Shown here: positions 20,731 to 30,305 of the stretch, in pieces
Numbering within the stretch: the stretch's first letter is position 1
Layout: the number at the start of each line of letters is the position of its first letter
Source: Ilumatobacteraceae bacterium
GTDB lineage: Bacteria > Actinomycetota > Acidimicrobiia > Acidimicrobiales > Ilumatobacteraceae
Length of the DNA stretch: 64,000 nucleotides
Reading direction: 5' to 3'
Assembly (NCBI GenBank): GCA_044232585.1
Contig: JBIILS010000001.1
Location: forward strand, 6,880-70,879
The notes under the pieces: model-generated
Told to the model about the DNA's origin: nothing
The model's database searches: none
Seen by the model: the letters and a program-made list of their open reading frames with translations, nothing else
Program-made: the position numbers and the translations under genes

Positions 20731-22016
20731 GCGAGTGCCTTCCCTTCCTGCACGACCAATCGGCCGTTGTAGATCGTGTGCCGCACGCGGCCACGAAGTT
20801 CCATGCCGTGATACGGCGTATTAGTACTGCGACTTGCAAGCCCATCGCGGGACACCGACCACACAGTGGTTGTATCCCATACTGCAATGTGAGCTGGTTC
20901 CCCGACTGCAATCGGGCGACCTTGATGGTCAGAGATGTTTGCTATGACTGCTGGGTTCCATGACATAAGAGCAGCAATCTTCTGCGGCGTTAATGCGATA
21001 GCGGTATTAACAACACCAAGTGCTGTCTCGAGACCGAGCATTCCAGGCGGTGCTGTATCTAGTGTTTGCTCTTTTGTATGCCCAGCGTGTGGGGCATGGT
21101 CTGTAGCAATCGCGTCGATGGTTCCATCTGCGAGGCCTTCATGCAATGCAGCAATGTCGGCCATTGTTCGTAGGGGCGGATTCACCTTAAAGATCGGATC
21201 AAACCCCGTGAGCAATTCATCAGTGAGCGAAATGTGGTGAGGAGTAACTTCAGCCGTCACGGGAAGCCCTTCGGCTTTTGCCGCCCGAACTAACTCAACA
21301 CTTCCCTTAGTGGAAAGATGCATGAAGTGTTCTCGAGCACCCGTCATGCGCACCAGCTGAATGTCACGGCGCACCATTTCTTCTTCAGCTGCTGACGGCC
21401 AACCGGGCACTCCCATCGTGGAGCAACATGCCCCGTCGTGCATCACTGCACCAACCGTCATGCTTGCAACTTCACAATGCTGAGAGATGGTGAGATTCAA
21501 ACGTTTGGCTGTCATCAATGCGCGTTGCATGACCAGTGCGTCTTGCACCCCAGTGCCGTCATCAGTAAACAGCGTGACACCTTCATTGGCTAACTGATCA
21601 AACGGAACCAATTTCGCACCAAGGCGCCCAACGGTGATGCACCCTGACGGAATTACTTCGCACAGACCAATAGCCCGACCACGTTCACGAACGAATTGAA
21701 CTGTCGCAACATTGTCTTGAGCGGGATCTGTGTTTGGCATCGCTACAACAGCAGTGAACCCGCCCAGTGCGGCTGCACGACTTCCCGATTCAATGGTCTC
21801 GGCTTCTTCTTTGCCTGGTTCACGCAGATGCGTATGAAGGTCGACGAAGCCAGACGAAACGAAACATCCGGTCGCTTCCAGAACGATGTCGCCAGCAAGG
21901 GCGTCTCCGACAGCTTCAATGACTCCGTTGACGATGCGAACGTCGGATACAAACATGGAATCAGGATTCACAACTGTTGCTCCGCGAATGACTATTGACT
22001 GCTTATCGTCACTCAT
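20727..22016 (-). CDS. pyrC: dihydroorotase
   Basis: 429 aa. DLHTHLREPG and ATDHAPH. Confidence 0.95.
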   Translation of the reverse strand: MSDDKQSIVIRGATVVNPDSMFVSDVRIVNGVIEAVGDALAGDIVLEATGCFVSSGFVDLHTHLREPGKEEAETIESGSRAAALGGFTAVVAMPNTDPAQDNVATVQFVRERGRAIGLCEVIPSGCITVGRLGAKLVPFDQLANEGVTLFTDDGTGVQDALVMQRALMTAKRLNLTISQHCEVASMTVGAVMHDGACCSTMGVPGWPSAAEEEMVRRDIQLVRMTGAREHFMHLSTKGSVELVRAAKAEGLPVTAEVTPHHISLTDELLTGFDPIFKVNPPLRTMADIAALHEGLADGTIDAIATDHAPHAGHTKEQTLDTAPPGMLGLETALGVVNTAIALTPQKIAALMSWNPAVIANISDHQGRPIAVGEPAHIAVWDTTTVWSVSRDGLASRSTNTPYHGMELRGRVRHTIYNGRLVVQEGKALA

Positions 22017-22963
22017 GCGTCAACTCCGTTTGACAATGTGGCCGTTGCGTCGCCGCCGAGAAGACTGAACAACACGGCCATGCGAATCGATATTCCGTTG
22101 GTGACCTGCTGCAATATGCGTGAACCAGGAACCAACGATGGGTCAACAATCATCTCGACGCCACGATTGATTGGCCCAGGATGAAGCAGCAACGCGTGAC
22201 TTTGCATTCGGGCTGCACGCTCTGGGGTAAGTGCGAACAAGGAGCTGTATTCACGAAGACTCGGCATCTGCGCCGCATCCATTCGTTCGCGCTGAATACG
22301 CAACATGTACACCACGTCAACCACGCCAATTACATCATCAAGAGAATCAGCAGTCGTGACTCCCCAGCCGTCGAGCGTGCTTGGTAAGAAAGCAGCCGGC
22401 GCCACCAAAACCACCTTGGCGCCAAGACGGGTGAAAACGTCTATATCGCTACGTGCCACTCGTGAATGCTTGATGTCTCCGACAATGGCCACTGTTCGGC
22501 CATTCATGGAGTTCAGTTCATTGAAGTTGCGCGTGATTGTGTAGGCATCTAACAGAGCTTGCGTTGGGTGTTGATGCCACCCGTCTCCGGCATTAACAAC
22601 CGAGGCGTCAGTCCATTGTGTGATTTGTTGAGGCGCACCACTTGACTTGTGTCGAACTACAAATGCATCAACACCCATCGCAGACAAAGTCTCAATCGTG
22701 TCGCGTAAACTTTCACCCTTGTTGACGCTTGAGGAACTAGCAGTGAAGGTCATCACTTCTGCAGATAGGCGTGATGCCGCTGTTTCGAAACTCAAACGAG
22801 TTCGGGTTGAATCCTCGAAGAACACGCTGGCTATCGTGCGACCACGCAACGCTGGCACCTTAGGCACGGCTCGCGAATTGATCTCCGCCATGTGGTCCGC
22901 CATCGCCATTAAGGAGACAATGTCGTCTGTGCTGAGGTCGCGTGTCGACAAGAGATGCTTCAC
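22013..22963 (-). CDS. pyrB: aspartate carbamoyltransferase catalytic subunit
   Basis: 316 aa. [25 protein letters not shown]. Confidence 0.97.
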   Translation of the reverse strand: MKHLLSTRDLSTDDIVSLMAMADHMAEINSRAVPKVPALRGRTIASVFFEDSTRTRLSFETAASRLSAEVMTFTASSSSVNKGESLRDTIETLSAMGVDAFVVRHKSSGAPQQITQWTDASVVNAGDGWHQHPTQALLDAYTITRNFNELNSMNGRTVAIVGDIKHSRVARSDIDVFTRLGAKVVLVAPAAFLPSTLDGWGVTTADSLDDVIGVVDVVYMLRIQRERMDAAQMPSLREYSSLFALTPERAARMQSHALLLHPGPINRGVEMIVDPSLVPGSRILQQVTNGISIRMAVLFSLLGGDATATLSNGVDA

Positions 22964-23505
22964 GCCGTTTCCCCCGATGCCGCAACCACTGTTACTCCAT
23001 CTGGACCAACACTCACTTCATCTGAAAAGTGCGTAGGGATGTTCTTGCCTACATAGTCAGGGCGAATCGGCAGTTCTCTATGACCACGATCAACCATGAC
23101 CGCTAACTGAACGGCGCGCGGGCGACCGTGATCATTTAGCGCTTCCAAAGCTGCTCTGACCGTTCGCCCAGTAAACAACACGTCGTCTACCAGCACCACA
23201 GTTTTCCCTGTCAGATCGACGGGGATATCCGTTGGGGCAGACAAGACAATTGGCCGAAGACTGAAGTCGTCTCGATACATGGAGATGTCAACCGCACCGA
23301 GCGGGACTGTGACAGATGGGGAAATTTGAGCGATGTTCTCGTGTAAGCGACTCGCAATCCAAGTTCCGCCAGTTTGCATGCCGACAATCACCACATCAGA
23401 TAGATCTGGATTTCGCTCAACGATCTCGTGAGAAATGCGCTTCAACGCCTTATCAACATCAGTGACGCCAAGAATCTCAGACGAAACAGTCGATGCCGAA
23501 CTCAT
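22960..23505 (-). CDS. pyrR: bifunctional pyrimidine operon regulator / uracil phosphoribosyltransferase PyrR
   Basis: 181 aa. PRTase motif [17 protein letters not shown]. Confidence 0.93.
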   Translation of the reverse strand: MSSASTVSSEILGVTDVDKALKRISHEIVERNPDLSDVVIVGMQTGGTWIASRLHENIAQISPSVTVPLGAVDISMYRDDFSLRPIVLSAPTDIPVDLTGKTVVLVDDVLFTGRTVRAALEALNDHGRPRAVQLAVMVDRGHRELPIRPDYVGKNIPTHFSDEVSVGPDGVTVVAASGETA

Positions 23506-23510
23506 TACGC

Positions 23511-23530
23511 CGCCACCTCTGGAAGGACTG
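23511..23530 (-). promoter_or_regulatory. PyrR-box-like element overlapping the pyrR Shine-Dalgarno sequence
   Basis: The minus-strand RNA reads CAGUCCUUCCAGAGGUGGCGGCGUAAUG. It contains AGUCC...CCAGAGG and the SD GAGGUGG 7 nt before the AUG. Confidence 0.4.
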
Positions 23531-23535
23531 GCATG

Positions 23536-23558
23536 AAAAACGCCCCTCGCGAGGGGCG
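23536..23558 (-). terminator. intrinsic terminator / attenuator in the pyrR leader
   Basis: The minus-strand RNA reads CGCCCCUCGCGAGGGGCG, a perfect GC-rich palindrome, followed directly by UUUUU. It ends only about 30 nt upstream of the pyrR AUG. Confidence 0.65.
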
Positions 23559-23596
23559 TGCGTGCATGAAGAATCGAGCCATATTGTCCTTCCGTT

Positions 23597-23614
23597 CGAG
23601 CCTCACAGGACTCG
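23597..23614 (-). promoter_or_regulatory. candidate PyrR-binding stem-loop
   Basis: The minus-strand RNA reads CGAG-UCCUGUGAGG-CUCG. AGUCCUGUGAGGCU matches the remembered consensus ARUCCAGAGAGGYU at 12 of 14 positions. Confidence 0.5.
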
Positions 23615-23671
23615 TTTTACGGTCGGTACTACTGTAGCACGACCGATGGACGGTGCGCTACTAAAAGTTTC

Positions 23672-24097
23672 CTACACAGCGGGGCGGGCAGTCTTGGCCA
23701 CTGCAGCAAGGACACCATTGACGAATCTTCCAGAGTCGTCCGTGGAGAACCTCTTTGCCAATTCGACTGCTTCATCAATAACTACAGCAATCGGTACATC
23801 GAGACGTGAGGTCAATTCGAATATGGCTAGGCGGAGGATTGCGCGGTCAAGAGCCGGCATGCGGTCGATTGCCCAACCTTTTGCATGAGCGACGATTGCT
23901 TCATCGATAGCAACCCGATTGGCTTCAATGCCATTCAGCAGCTCCCCTGTTAGGTCAGCTGAAGCGACTCCCCTGTCAGCCAATAATTCAAGTGGCGACA
24001 TAGAGCGCTGTTCAGATTCATAGAGAAAAATGACTGCCTGCTCACGAGCATCAGTTCTTTCGTCACTTGCGCGGAATGATTCCGGATCGCGCGCCAT
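23672..24097 (-). CDS. nusB: transcription antitermination factor NusB
   Basis: 141 aa. REQAVIFLYESE..., W.IDRMPALDRAILRLAIFEL. Confidence 0.9.
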   Translation of the reverse strand: MARDPESFRASDERTDAREQAVIFLYESEQRSMSPLELLADRGVASADLTGELLNGIEANRVAIDEAIVAHAKGWAIDRMPALDRAILRLAIFELTSRLDVPIAVVIDEAVELAKRFSTDDSGRFVNGVLAAVAKTARPAV

Positions 24098-24660
24098 TAG
24101 ACGCGTGTGACGTAATCGCCCGTGCGAGTGTCAACCTTTACTTTGTCGCCCACGTTCACAAACAATGGAACTTGAATAACTTTGCCGGTCTCAAGAGTGG
24201 CTGGTTTGCGAGCACCCGAGACGCGGTCACCCTGAACTCCAGGTTCAGTATCAGCAATGATCAATTCTGCAGAGGCTGGAATTTCAACTGTGATGATTTC
24301 ATCGTTGTGATAAGCAATGATCGCCATTGCTTGCTCTACGAGGTAATCCGCGGCATCACCGAGAGCGGCCGGAGTAACGGTCATTTGGTCGTATGACTCT
24401 GTGTCCATGAATACAAAGTCGTCACCGTCTTTGTACAAGAACTGCATGTCACGCTTGTCAAGAATCGCTTGTTCAACACGAATACCCGCATTGAAGGTCT
24501 TTTCTAATACATTGCCGTTCTTCAGGTTACGCAACTTGGTGCGCACAAAGGCTCCACCTTTTCCAGGCTTCACGTGTTGGAATTCAACAACGGTAAAGAG
24601 TCCGTTGTCGAGTTGGAGTGTGATTCCGTTTTTCAGATCGTTCGTGGTGATCGCGGGCAT
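24097..24660 (-). CDS. efp: elongation factor P
   Basis: [45 protein letters not shown]. The track start at 24696 adds 12 atypical residues, so the start was trimmed to the ATG at 24660. Confidence 0.94.
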   Translation of the reverse strand: MPAITTNDLKNGITLQLDNGLFTVVEFQHVKPGKGGAFVRTKLRNLKNGNVLEKTFNAGIRVEQAILDKRDMQFLYKDGDDFVFMDTESYDQMTVTPAALGDAADYLVEQAMAIIAYHNDEIITVEIPASAELIIADTEPGVQGDRVSGARKPATLETGKVIQVPLFVNVGDKVKVDTRTGDYVTRV

Positions 24661-25721
24661 GTGAGGTCCTTGGGGGTGTGCGTAAGAATTCGGCACGAAT
24701 CGCCGGTGACAACGACCAGATCCTCGATCCGAACGCCGCCTACCCCACCACGATAGAGCCCAGGCTCGACTGTCACCACCTCATTGACACCCAGAACTGC
24801 TGTGCAACGGGGCGAAAGGATGGGTTGCTCGTGGATATACAGGCCTATTCCATGCCCTGTGCCATGAACGTACTCGTGGTCAACGCCCTCCCGCAGAAAT
24901 ACTGCCCTCGCTGCCGCGTCTACAGCCGCACCAACGGCTCCGGCCTTCACTGACGCGATACCCGCCGCTTCAGCCTCAATCACCAGGTCAAACATTCGCT
25001 GATATTCAGCCGAGACATCCCCGACGCGAATGGTTCGAGTCATGTCACTCTTGTACCCCTGCACCATTGCTCCGAAGTCAATAACGACTCCGTGACCATC
25101 TTCCACGATTGCATCAGATGGTTCATGATGTGGTCTTGCACCGAGAGGCCCAGTTGCGACAATCGTGTCAAAAGCAACATCATCAGCACCGGTCTCACGC
25201 ATCAGATGGTCAAGACGATTTCGAATCTGCTTCTCTGTTTTTCCTGCAAAACCATCTGTCACCACCGACAACAATGCATTGTCAGCAATTGACGCTGCTG
25301 AGGCAATCAGAGAAATCTCAGCCTCGTCTTTCACTCTGCGTAAGTCGTCTAGTTGGGTGCGCTCATGAACAACAGAGCAATGACTCTGCAGCACGGTCAT
25401 GAAGTGGGCTGTTAGATGCGTCGGATCAACGGCAACTGACGATGTGCCGACAATACGCGCAATCATCTCATCTGTTGATACATCCGGAACAACTCGTTCA
25501 ATGTGTACAGAAGCTCGCGAAGCCGTGGTCTCATCAACCGCACGTTCGAAATAGCGCCCGTCAACCAGAAGCCATGCCTCATGATTACTGCGAGACACGA
25601 GAAGTTGAGCAGTGCCGCCCGTGAAGCCAGTAAGCCACCGGATGTCTTCAACTCGAAGTATGAGAACAAACTCTGCGCTTCCGTTGTTGACGAGACGAGA
25701 AAGACGGCCCGAGACATTCAT
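24633..25721 (-). CDS. pepP: M24-family Xaa-Pro aminopeptidase
   Basis: 362 aa. Creatinase-like N-domain plus an M24 core ([34 protein letters not shown]...GGVRIED). Confidence 0.85.
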   Translation of the reverse strand: MNVSGRLSRLVNNGSAEFVLILRVEDIRWLTGFTGGTAQLLVSRSNHEAWLLVDGRYFERAVDETTASRASVHIERVVPDVSTDEMIARIVGTSSVAVDPTHLTAHFMTVLQSHCSVVHERTQLDDLRRVKDEAEISLIASAASIADNALLSVVTDGFAGKTEKQIRNRLDHLMRETGADDVAFDTIVATGPLGARPHHEPSDAIVEDGHGVVIDFGAMVQGYKSDMTRTIRVGDVSAEYQRMFDLVIEAEAAGIASVKAGAVGAAVDAAARAVFLREGVDHEYVHGTGHGIGLYIHEQPILSPRCTAVLGVNEVVTVEPGLYRGGVGGVRIEDLVVVTGDSCRILTHTPKDLTCPRSPRTI

Positions 25722-26173
25722 TACTGTGCAGCTAATTCCACCAACGCCTCAACAGCCAAGGCATAGCCCAGGCCACCGAAACCGGAAATTGTTCCGTTGA
25801 CAACGGGAGACAAAACACTGACGTGACGAAACTGCTCACGTGCACCGGGATTAGATAAATGCACTTCAATCACATTGCCTGGGTACGACTTCAAGGCGTC
25901 GTGCACCGCCCACGAGTAATGCGTGAATGCTCCGGCATTAACAATGATGCCATCAGCGTTCGCCTTTGCCGCGTGTATCGCGTTCACCATCTCGCCTTCA
26001 GTATTTGTCTGAAGGTGCTCAACAGCAATGCCGTGTGTAGCCGCAGCAGCAACCACTGTGGCCACATGGTCCGCCAAAGTTGCGTGTCCGTACACCTCAG
26101 GCTCTCGCGTACCGAGGAGATTCAAATTTGGGCCATGTATGAGAAGGATGGACGACAAAGACATATCAGCCAC
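25721..26173 (-). CDS. aroQ: type II 3-dehydroquinate dehydratase
   Basis: 150 aa. ILLIHGPNLNLLGTREPEVYG and NAGAFTHYSWA. An alternative start is the ATG at 26164. Confidence 0.93.
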   Translation of the reverse strand: MADMSLSSILLIHGPNLNLLGTREPEVYGHATLADHVATVVAAAATHGIAVEHLQTNTEGEMVNAIHAAKANADGIIVNAGAFTHYSWAVHDALKSYPGNVIEVHLSNPGAREQFRHVSVLSPVVNGTISGFGGLGYALAVEALVELAAQ

Positions 26174-26708
26174 CGTACTCTGCCCAGGTCGCCTGACCGA
26201 TGGAATAAACGATGTGGGACTGACCCCACCACCCTGGGGTGTTCGGATGGTCGAAATCCAAATCTTCTCGGCGTTGCATTCCGATTCTCTTCATCACGGC
26301 TTCGCTCGGCGTGTTCGATTGGGTTGTAAAAGAAAAAATCTCGGAGATCTGGTGTTCTTCGAATCCGATTCGCAATGATTCCTTCGCCGCCTCGGATGCA
26401 AAGCCCTTACCCCACGCCCACGGTGCGAGTCGCCAGCCCACTTCAACACATGGAGTAAATGTGGTTGCAAACGTTGCCCGAGCCAAACCAGTGAATCCGG
26501 CAAATAATCCTTCAACTTCTAGTGCCCAAAGACCGAAACCATTTTCAATATGACCCTGCATCTGTCGTTCAATGAACCCGACACATTCGTCATAGGTCAT
26601 GACCGATGGGAAATATCTCATGACCTGTGGGTCCGCACACATCTGAGAGAACGGTTCGATGTCTGCCTTAGCCCATTCGCGCAGCAGCACTCGCTCGGTG
26701 CGATACAT
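26166..26708 (-). CDS. GNAT-family N-acetyltransferase (RimJ/RimL-like)
   Basis: 180 aa. Acetyltransf_3-like pattern: ERVLLREWAKADIEPF..., GFGLWALE, GWRLAPWAWGKGFASEAA. Confidence 0.72.
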   Translation of the reverse strand: MYRTERVLLREWAKADIEPFSQMCADPQVMRYFPSVMTYDECVGFIERQMQGHIENGFGLWALEVEGLFAGFTGLARATFATTFTPCVEVGWRLAPWAWGKGFASEAAKESLRIGFEEHQISEIFSFTTQSNTPSEAVMKRIGMQRREDLDFDHPNTPGWWGQSHIVYSIGQATWAEYGG

Positions 26709-26710
26709 GA

Positions 26711-27760
26711 CTACCTCAGGCGGGTGATGAGGTCCGTGAGAGCTTCGCGAATCTTGGTGTCGGTTACACCGGATACCACCTCAAGCCCAGTAGCTGAATC
26801 AAGAACAAAGGTGATTGAATCGATTGCCTTCTTGTCGCGACCCATATCAATGATGAGCTGATCAGGAGTAATCCCAATTGGCAAAGCATGACGCAAGCCG
26901 TACACACCGTGCACAACTTCGTAGTGCTGATCAACACGAGCCTCATCGATTCGACCCATGCGGTGCGCCAGATGAGCCGCGTACAAAAGACCAATTGCTA
27001 CTGCTTCGCCGTGAGCGATAGAAAAATCGGTTGCAATCTCCAAAGCGTGAGCCAACGTGTGGCCATAATTGAGAAGCGCGCGAATGCCGCCTTCACGTTC
27101 ATCTGCTGAAACAATGTCAGCCTTGATTCGCACACAACGGGCAATACGATCAACCATTGACAAGGAACTCAGGTCTTCACGAACAATGAAGTGGTACTTC
27201 GCCATCTCGCCGAGCCCACAACGCATCTCTCGTTCTGGCAAGGTATCGAGCGCGTCCATTTCACACACAACACCATGTGGTTGCCAATATGCACCTACCA
27301 AGTTCTTGCCCTCAGCAATATTGACGCCAGTCTTACCTCCGACAGCAGCATCAATCATTGCGAGCAGTGAAGTGGCAACGTGTACCACAGGAATACCACG
27401 GTGATACGAAGCAGCGGCAAAACCAGCAACATCAGTGACCATTCCTCCACCAACCGCGACAACTACGTCTCCGCGAGTGAGACCAGCTTGAGAAAATTCA
27501 CGGCACAAGCGTTCAATAGTGGAAAGTGTTTTGTGGCTTTCCCCTACCCCAATAATGTGCGTTGAAACGACAAGGTTGGCAAACGATGGTATGTACTCGG
27601 CGGGGATTCCGTCTTGAGTAACAATGGCCACTCGGCGCGCAGAAGACGGGATCATGTTTTGGGCATGAGACAAGACTCCATGACCAACAACTACAGAATA
27701 CGAACGATCACCGAGATTGACGATTTCTTCAACTGCATCACTCATGTTCTTTTCCCACAA
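26711..27760 (-). CDS. aroB: 3-dehydroquinate synthase
   Basis: 349 aa. GGGMVTDVAGFAAASYHRGIP, GHTLAHALE. An alternative start is at 27745. Confidence 0.95.
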   Translation of the reverse strand: MWEKNMSDAVEEIVNLGDRSYSVVVGHGVLSHAQNMIPSSARRVAIVTQDGIPAEYIPSFANLVVSTHIIGVGESHKTLSTIERLCREFSQAGLTRGDVVVAVGGGMVTDVAGFAAASYHRGIPVVHVATSLLAMIDAAVGGKTGVNIAEGKNLVGAYWQPHGVVCEMDALDTLPEREMRCGLGEMAKYHFIVREDLSSLSMVDRIARCVRIKADIVSADEREGGIRALLNYGHTLAHALEIATDFSIAHGEAVAIGLLYAAHLAHRMGRIDEARVDQHYEVVHGVYGLRHALPIGITPDQLIIDMGRDKKAIDSITFVLDSATGLEVVSGVTDTKIREALTDLITRLR

Positions 27761-28301
27761 ATTCTTCTTGCTCGTCTAACGCACTTATCAATAAATCAAC
27801 AACTGACTCAACACTTCGGTCAGAAACATCAATCACTATGTCTGCGACAGAAGCATAGAGCGGGCCACGATCTTCGGACATCTGCGTCAAGGTTCCCATT
27901 CGGTCATTGTCAAGTAGCGGACGATGAACACCTTTGGCCGTACGTTCTGCAAGCACTTCGGGTCGAGCATGTAACCACACGACCACAGCTTCGCCAGAAT
28001 TTCGTGCGTCATCCAGCATTGACCTGTTCTGCTCTCGCACTACAACTCCGCCAGCACCGGCAATGATTGGACCACCCGGCCGCGACAGACACTCACGCAG
28101 AACTTCAGTTTCTAGTTCTCTAAATACAGCTTCACCGGACTTTTCAAAGATCTCGCGAACTGACCGACCATCACGGGATTCAATCAATTTGTCCGTATCA
28201 AGCAGTTCTGCATGTCGGTGTTCAGCAAGCAATCTTGCGACCGTGGTTTTGCCCGTTCCCATAAGTCCAACGAGGACAATGCAGGGTTCTGAACGGGTCA
28301 C
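27738..28301 (-). CDS. aroK: shikimate kinase
   Basis: 187 aa. P-loop GLMGTGKTTV. Confidence 0.93.
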   Translation of the reverse strand: MTRSEPCIVLVGLMGTGKTTVARLLAEHRHAELLDTDKLIESRDGRSVREIFEKSGEAVFRELETEVLRECLSRPGGPIIAGAGGVVVREQNRSMLDDARNSGEAVVVWLHARPEVLAERTAKGVHRPLLDNDRMGTLTQMSEDRGPLYASVADIVIDVSDRSVESVVDLLISALDEQEEFVGKEHE

Positions 28302-29464
28302 GACTCTAGTGTGGCCCGAAATGACGTTGCGTTGCGAACGAATTCGGAAAGTGAGTCTCCGCCGAACTTGCGTTGCGCCTCTGCGGCAAGCACTAAAGCA
28401 ACCATTGTTTCGGCGATAACGCCCATCGCCGGCACTGCCGTGACATCTGTGCGTTCTTTGAAACTGACAGTTTCTTCTTTAGTCACCGTGTCAACGGTCT
28501 TAAGAGTTGGCTTATTCAAAGTAGCTAGGGGCTTCATAGCTGCACGCACGATGAGAGGTTCACCCGTTGTGATCCCGCCTTCTGTACCGCCCGATCGATG
28601 GCTTTCACGCACATAGCGATGTTCTATTGCATCCCACGAGATTGGGTCATGAGCCTGACTGCCACGTAAACCGGCAACTTCGAATCCATCACCAATTTCA
28701 ACACCCTTAACTGCCTGAATGCTCAAGATCGCTTGTGCCAATAGGGCATCAATCTTGCGATCCCAATGAACATGACTTCCTAAACCAATTGGCACGCCGT
28801 GCGCAATGACTTCCACAATTCCACCAAGGGAATCGCCTTCACGAGCTGCTGCCTTAATGGCCGCAATCATTGCGTCTTCACCTGACTTAGAAAAACACCG
28901 CACTTCAGATGCATCGATAGCAGCGAGGTCAGCCATCGTTGGCAATGTCACCGATGGAGCAGCGGCGTCTCCCATACGAATGACGTGACTAAGAACTCCG
29001 ACACCAAGGTGCGACAACAATTGCTTCGCCAATGCGCCCGCAGCAACACGAGCCGCTGTTTCACGAGCACTTGCGCGTTCCAGCACGTCACGTGCGTCTG
29101 TGAACCCGTATTTTTGCATTCCGACAAGATCGGCGTGACCTGGGCGAGGTTGAGTGAGAGGAGACTCTGTAGCACCAGGCTCTGGAGACATTTCTGCATG
29201 CCACTTATCACTGCGGAACCACTCGGAGTTTTGAATTTCGATTGAGACTGGAGACCCGAGAGTACGACCGTGGCGAACACCGCCTACCAGCGTTACGCGA
29301 TCTTCTTCGAAGCGCTGACGAGGACCTCTGCCATAACCAAGACGACGGCGAGCCAATTCAGATTCGACATGTTCTGCCAAAATGGGGAGACCAGCAGGAA
29401 GACCCTCGACAATTACTGTGAGAGCGCGACCATGAGATTCACCGGCTGTGAGGTACCTAAGCAC
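28298..29464 (-). CDS. aroC: chorismate synthase
   Basis: 388 aa. MLRYLTAGESHG and GRSSARETA-like SARETAARVAAG. Confidence 0.97.
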   Translation of the reverse strand: MLRYLTAGESHGRALTVIVEGLPAGLPILAEHVESELARRRLGYGRGPRQRFEEDRVTLVGGVRHGRTLGSPVSIEIQNSEWFRSDKWHAEMSPEPGATESPLTQPRPGHADLVGMQKYGFTDARDVLERASARETAARVAAGALAKQLLSHLGVGVLSHVIRMGDAAAPSVTLPTMADLAAIDASEVRCFSKSGEDAMIAAIKAAAREGDSLGGIVEVIAHGVPIGLGSHVHWDRKIDALLAQAILSIQAVKGVEIGDGFEVAGLRGSQAHDPISWDAIEHRYVRESHRSGGTEGGITTGEPLIVRAAMKPLATLNKPTLKTVDTVTKEETVSFKERTDVTAVPAMGVIAETMVALVLAAEAQRKFGGDSLSEFVRNATSFRATLES

Positions 29465-29474
29465 GGTTTTCAGA

Positions 29475-30305
29475 CTACTTGCGGCGAGCGGAAAGTTCCC
29501 GCTCTGCGGCTAATCGCATCGCCGATGCGTCTGAGAATTCGCCAAACCAGAGTTTTTGCTGGTGCCGAGCTTGGTGAATAAGCATCCACAGCCCATCTAC
29601 AACTGTGGCACCGGTCTCACGAGCGCGGACAAGAAGCGAGGTTTCCAATGGCGAATACACCGCATCAAGAACGGTGAGTTGGCTATGTAGGTGAATCGGA
29701 TCAATTGGAAGATCAGAGGAATTCATGCCGACAGATGTGGCGTTGACGAGAATTGATGCTGACGCAATGCTGCTTTGGTCGCCGACCGAGATAGACACTT
29801 CGTCTCCGAACCCTGCAAAAGAATTAACAAGGTCCAACGCGTTCGACTGTGTTCGATTAACGACTACAACATGTGCGCCACGTCTCACCAACGCAAGTGC
29901 GATGGAGCGCGCAGTTCCACCGGCACCTAGAAGTACCGCAGTTGCACCACGCAGATGAACACCCCCCTGTTCGATTAGTGCATCACAACATCCATCGCCA
30001 TCGGTGTTGTGGCCAATTGACCCAGAAGCACCAAACGAAATGCAATTCACGGCATTCAAGAAGTCCGCATCAGGAGTCACGAAATCGAGAAAGTCAATGA
30101 CAGTTTCCTTCAGGGGCATCGTGACTGAAAGGCCAAGTAGTCCGGCCGACTGAAGGCTCTCCATTGTTGCCTCGACTTCACTGACCCCACATTCAACTGC
30201 CACATATTCGCCATCACGTCGTGCGGCCGCAAAGGCCGCATTGTGAATTGCTGGCGAGAGAGAATGCGAAATTGGGGAACCGATAACAGCAGCAATTGTG
30301 CTCAT
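29475..30305 (-). CDS. aroE: shikimate dehydrogenase
   Basis: 276 aa. IGSPISHSLSPAIHNAAF, LSVTMPLK, GAGGTARS. Confidence 0.9.
   Translation of the reverse strand: MSTIAAVIGSPISHSLSPAIHNAAFAAARRDGEYVAVECGVSEVEATMESLQSAGLLGLSVTMPLKETVIDFLDFVTPDADFLNAVNCISFGASGSIGHNTDGDGCCDALIEQGGVHLRGATAVLLGAGGTARSIALALVRRGAHVVVVNRTQSNALDLVNSFAGFGDEVSISVGDQSSIASASILVNATSVGMNSSDLPIDPIHLHSQLTVLDAVYSPLETSLLVRARETGATVVDGLWMLIHQARHQQKLWFGEFSDASAMRLAAERELSARRK

Noticed and set aside
23541-23558. The GC-rich palindrome CGCCCCTCGCGAGGGGCG, considered as a bidirectional terminator or protein operator
   Set aside because: The T-run follows the stem only on the minus strand, and no plus-strand gene ends nearby. It is interpreted as a minus-strand attenuator or terminator.
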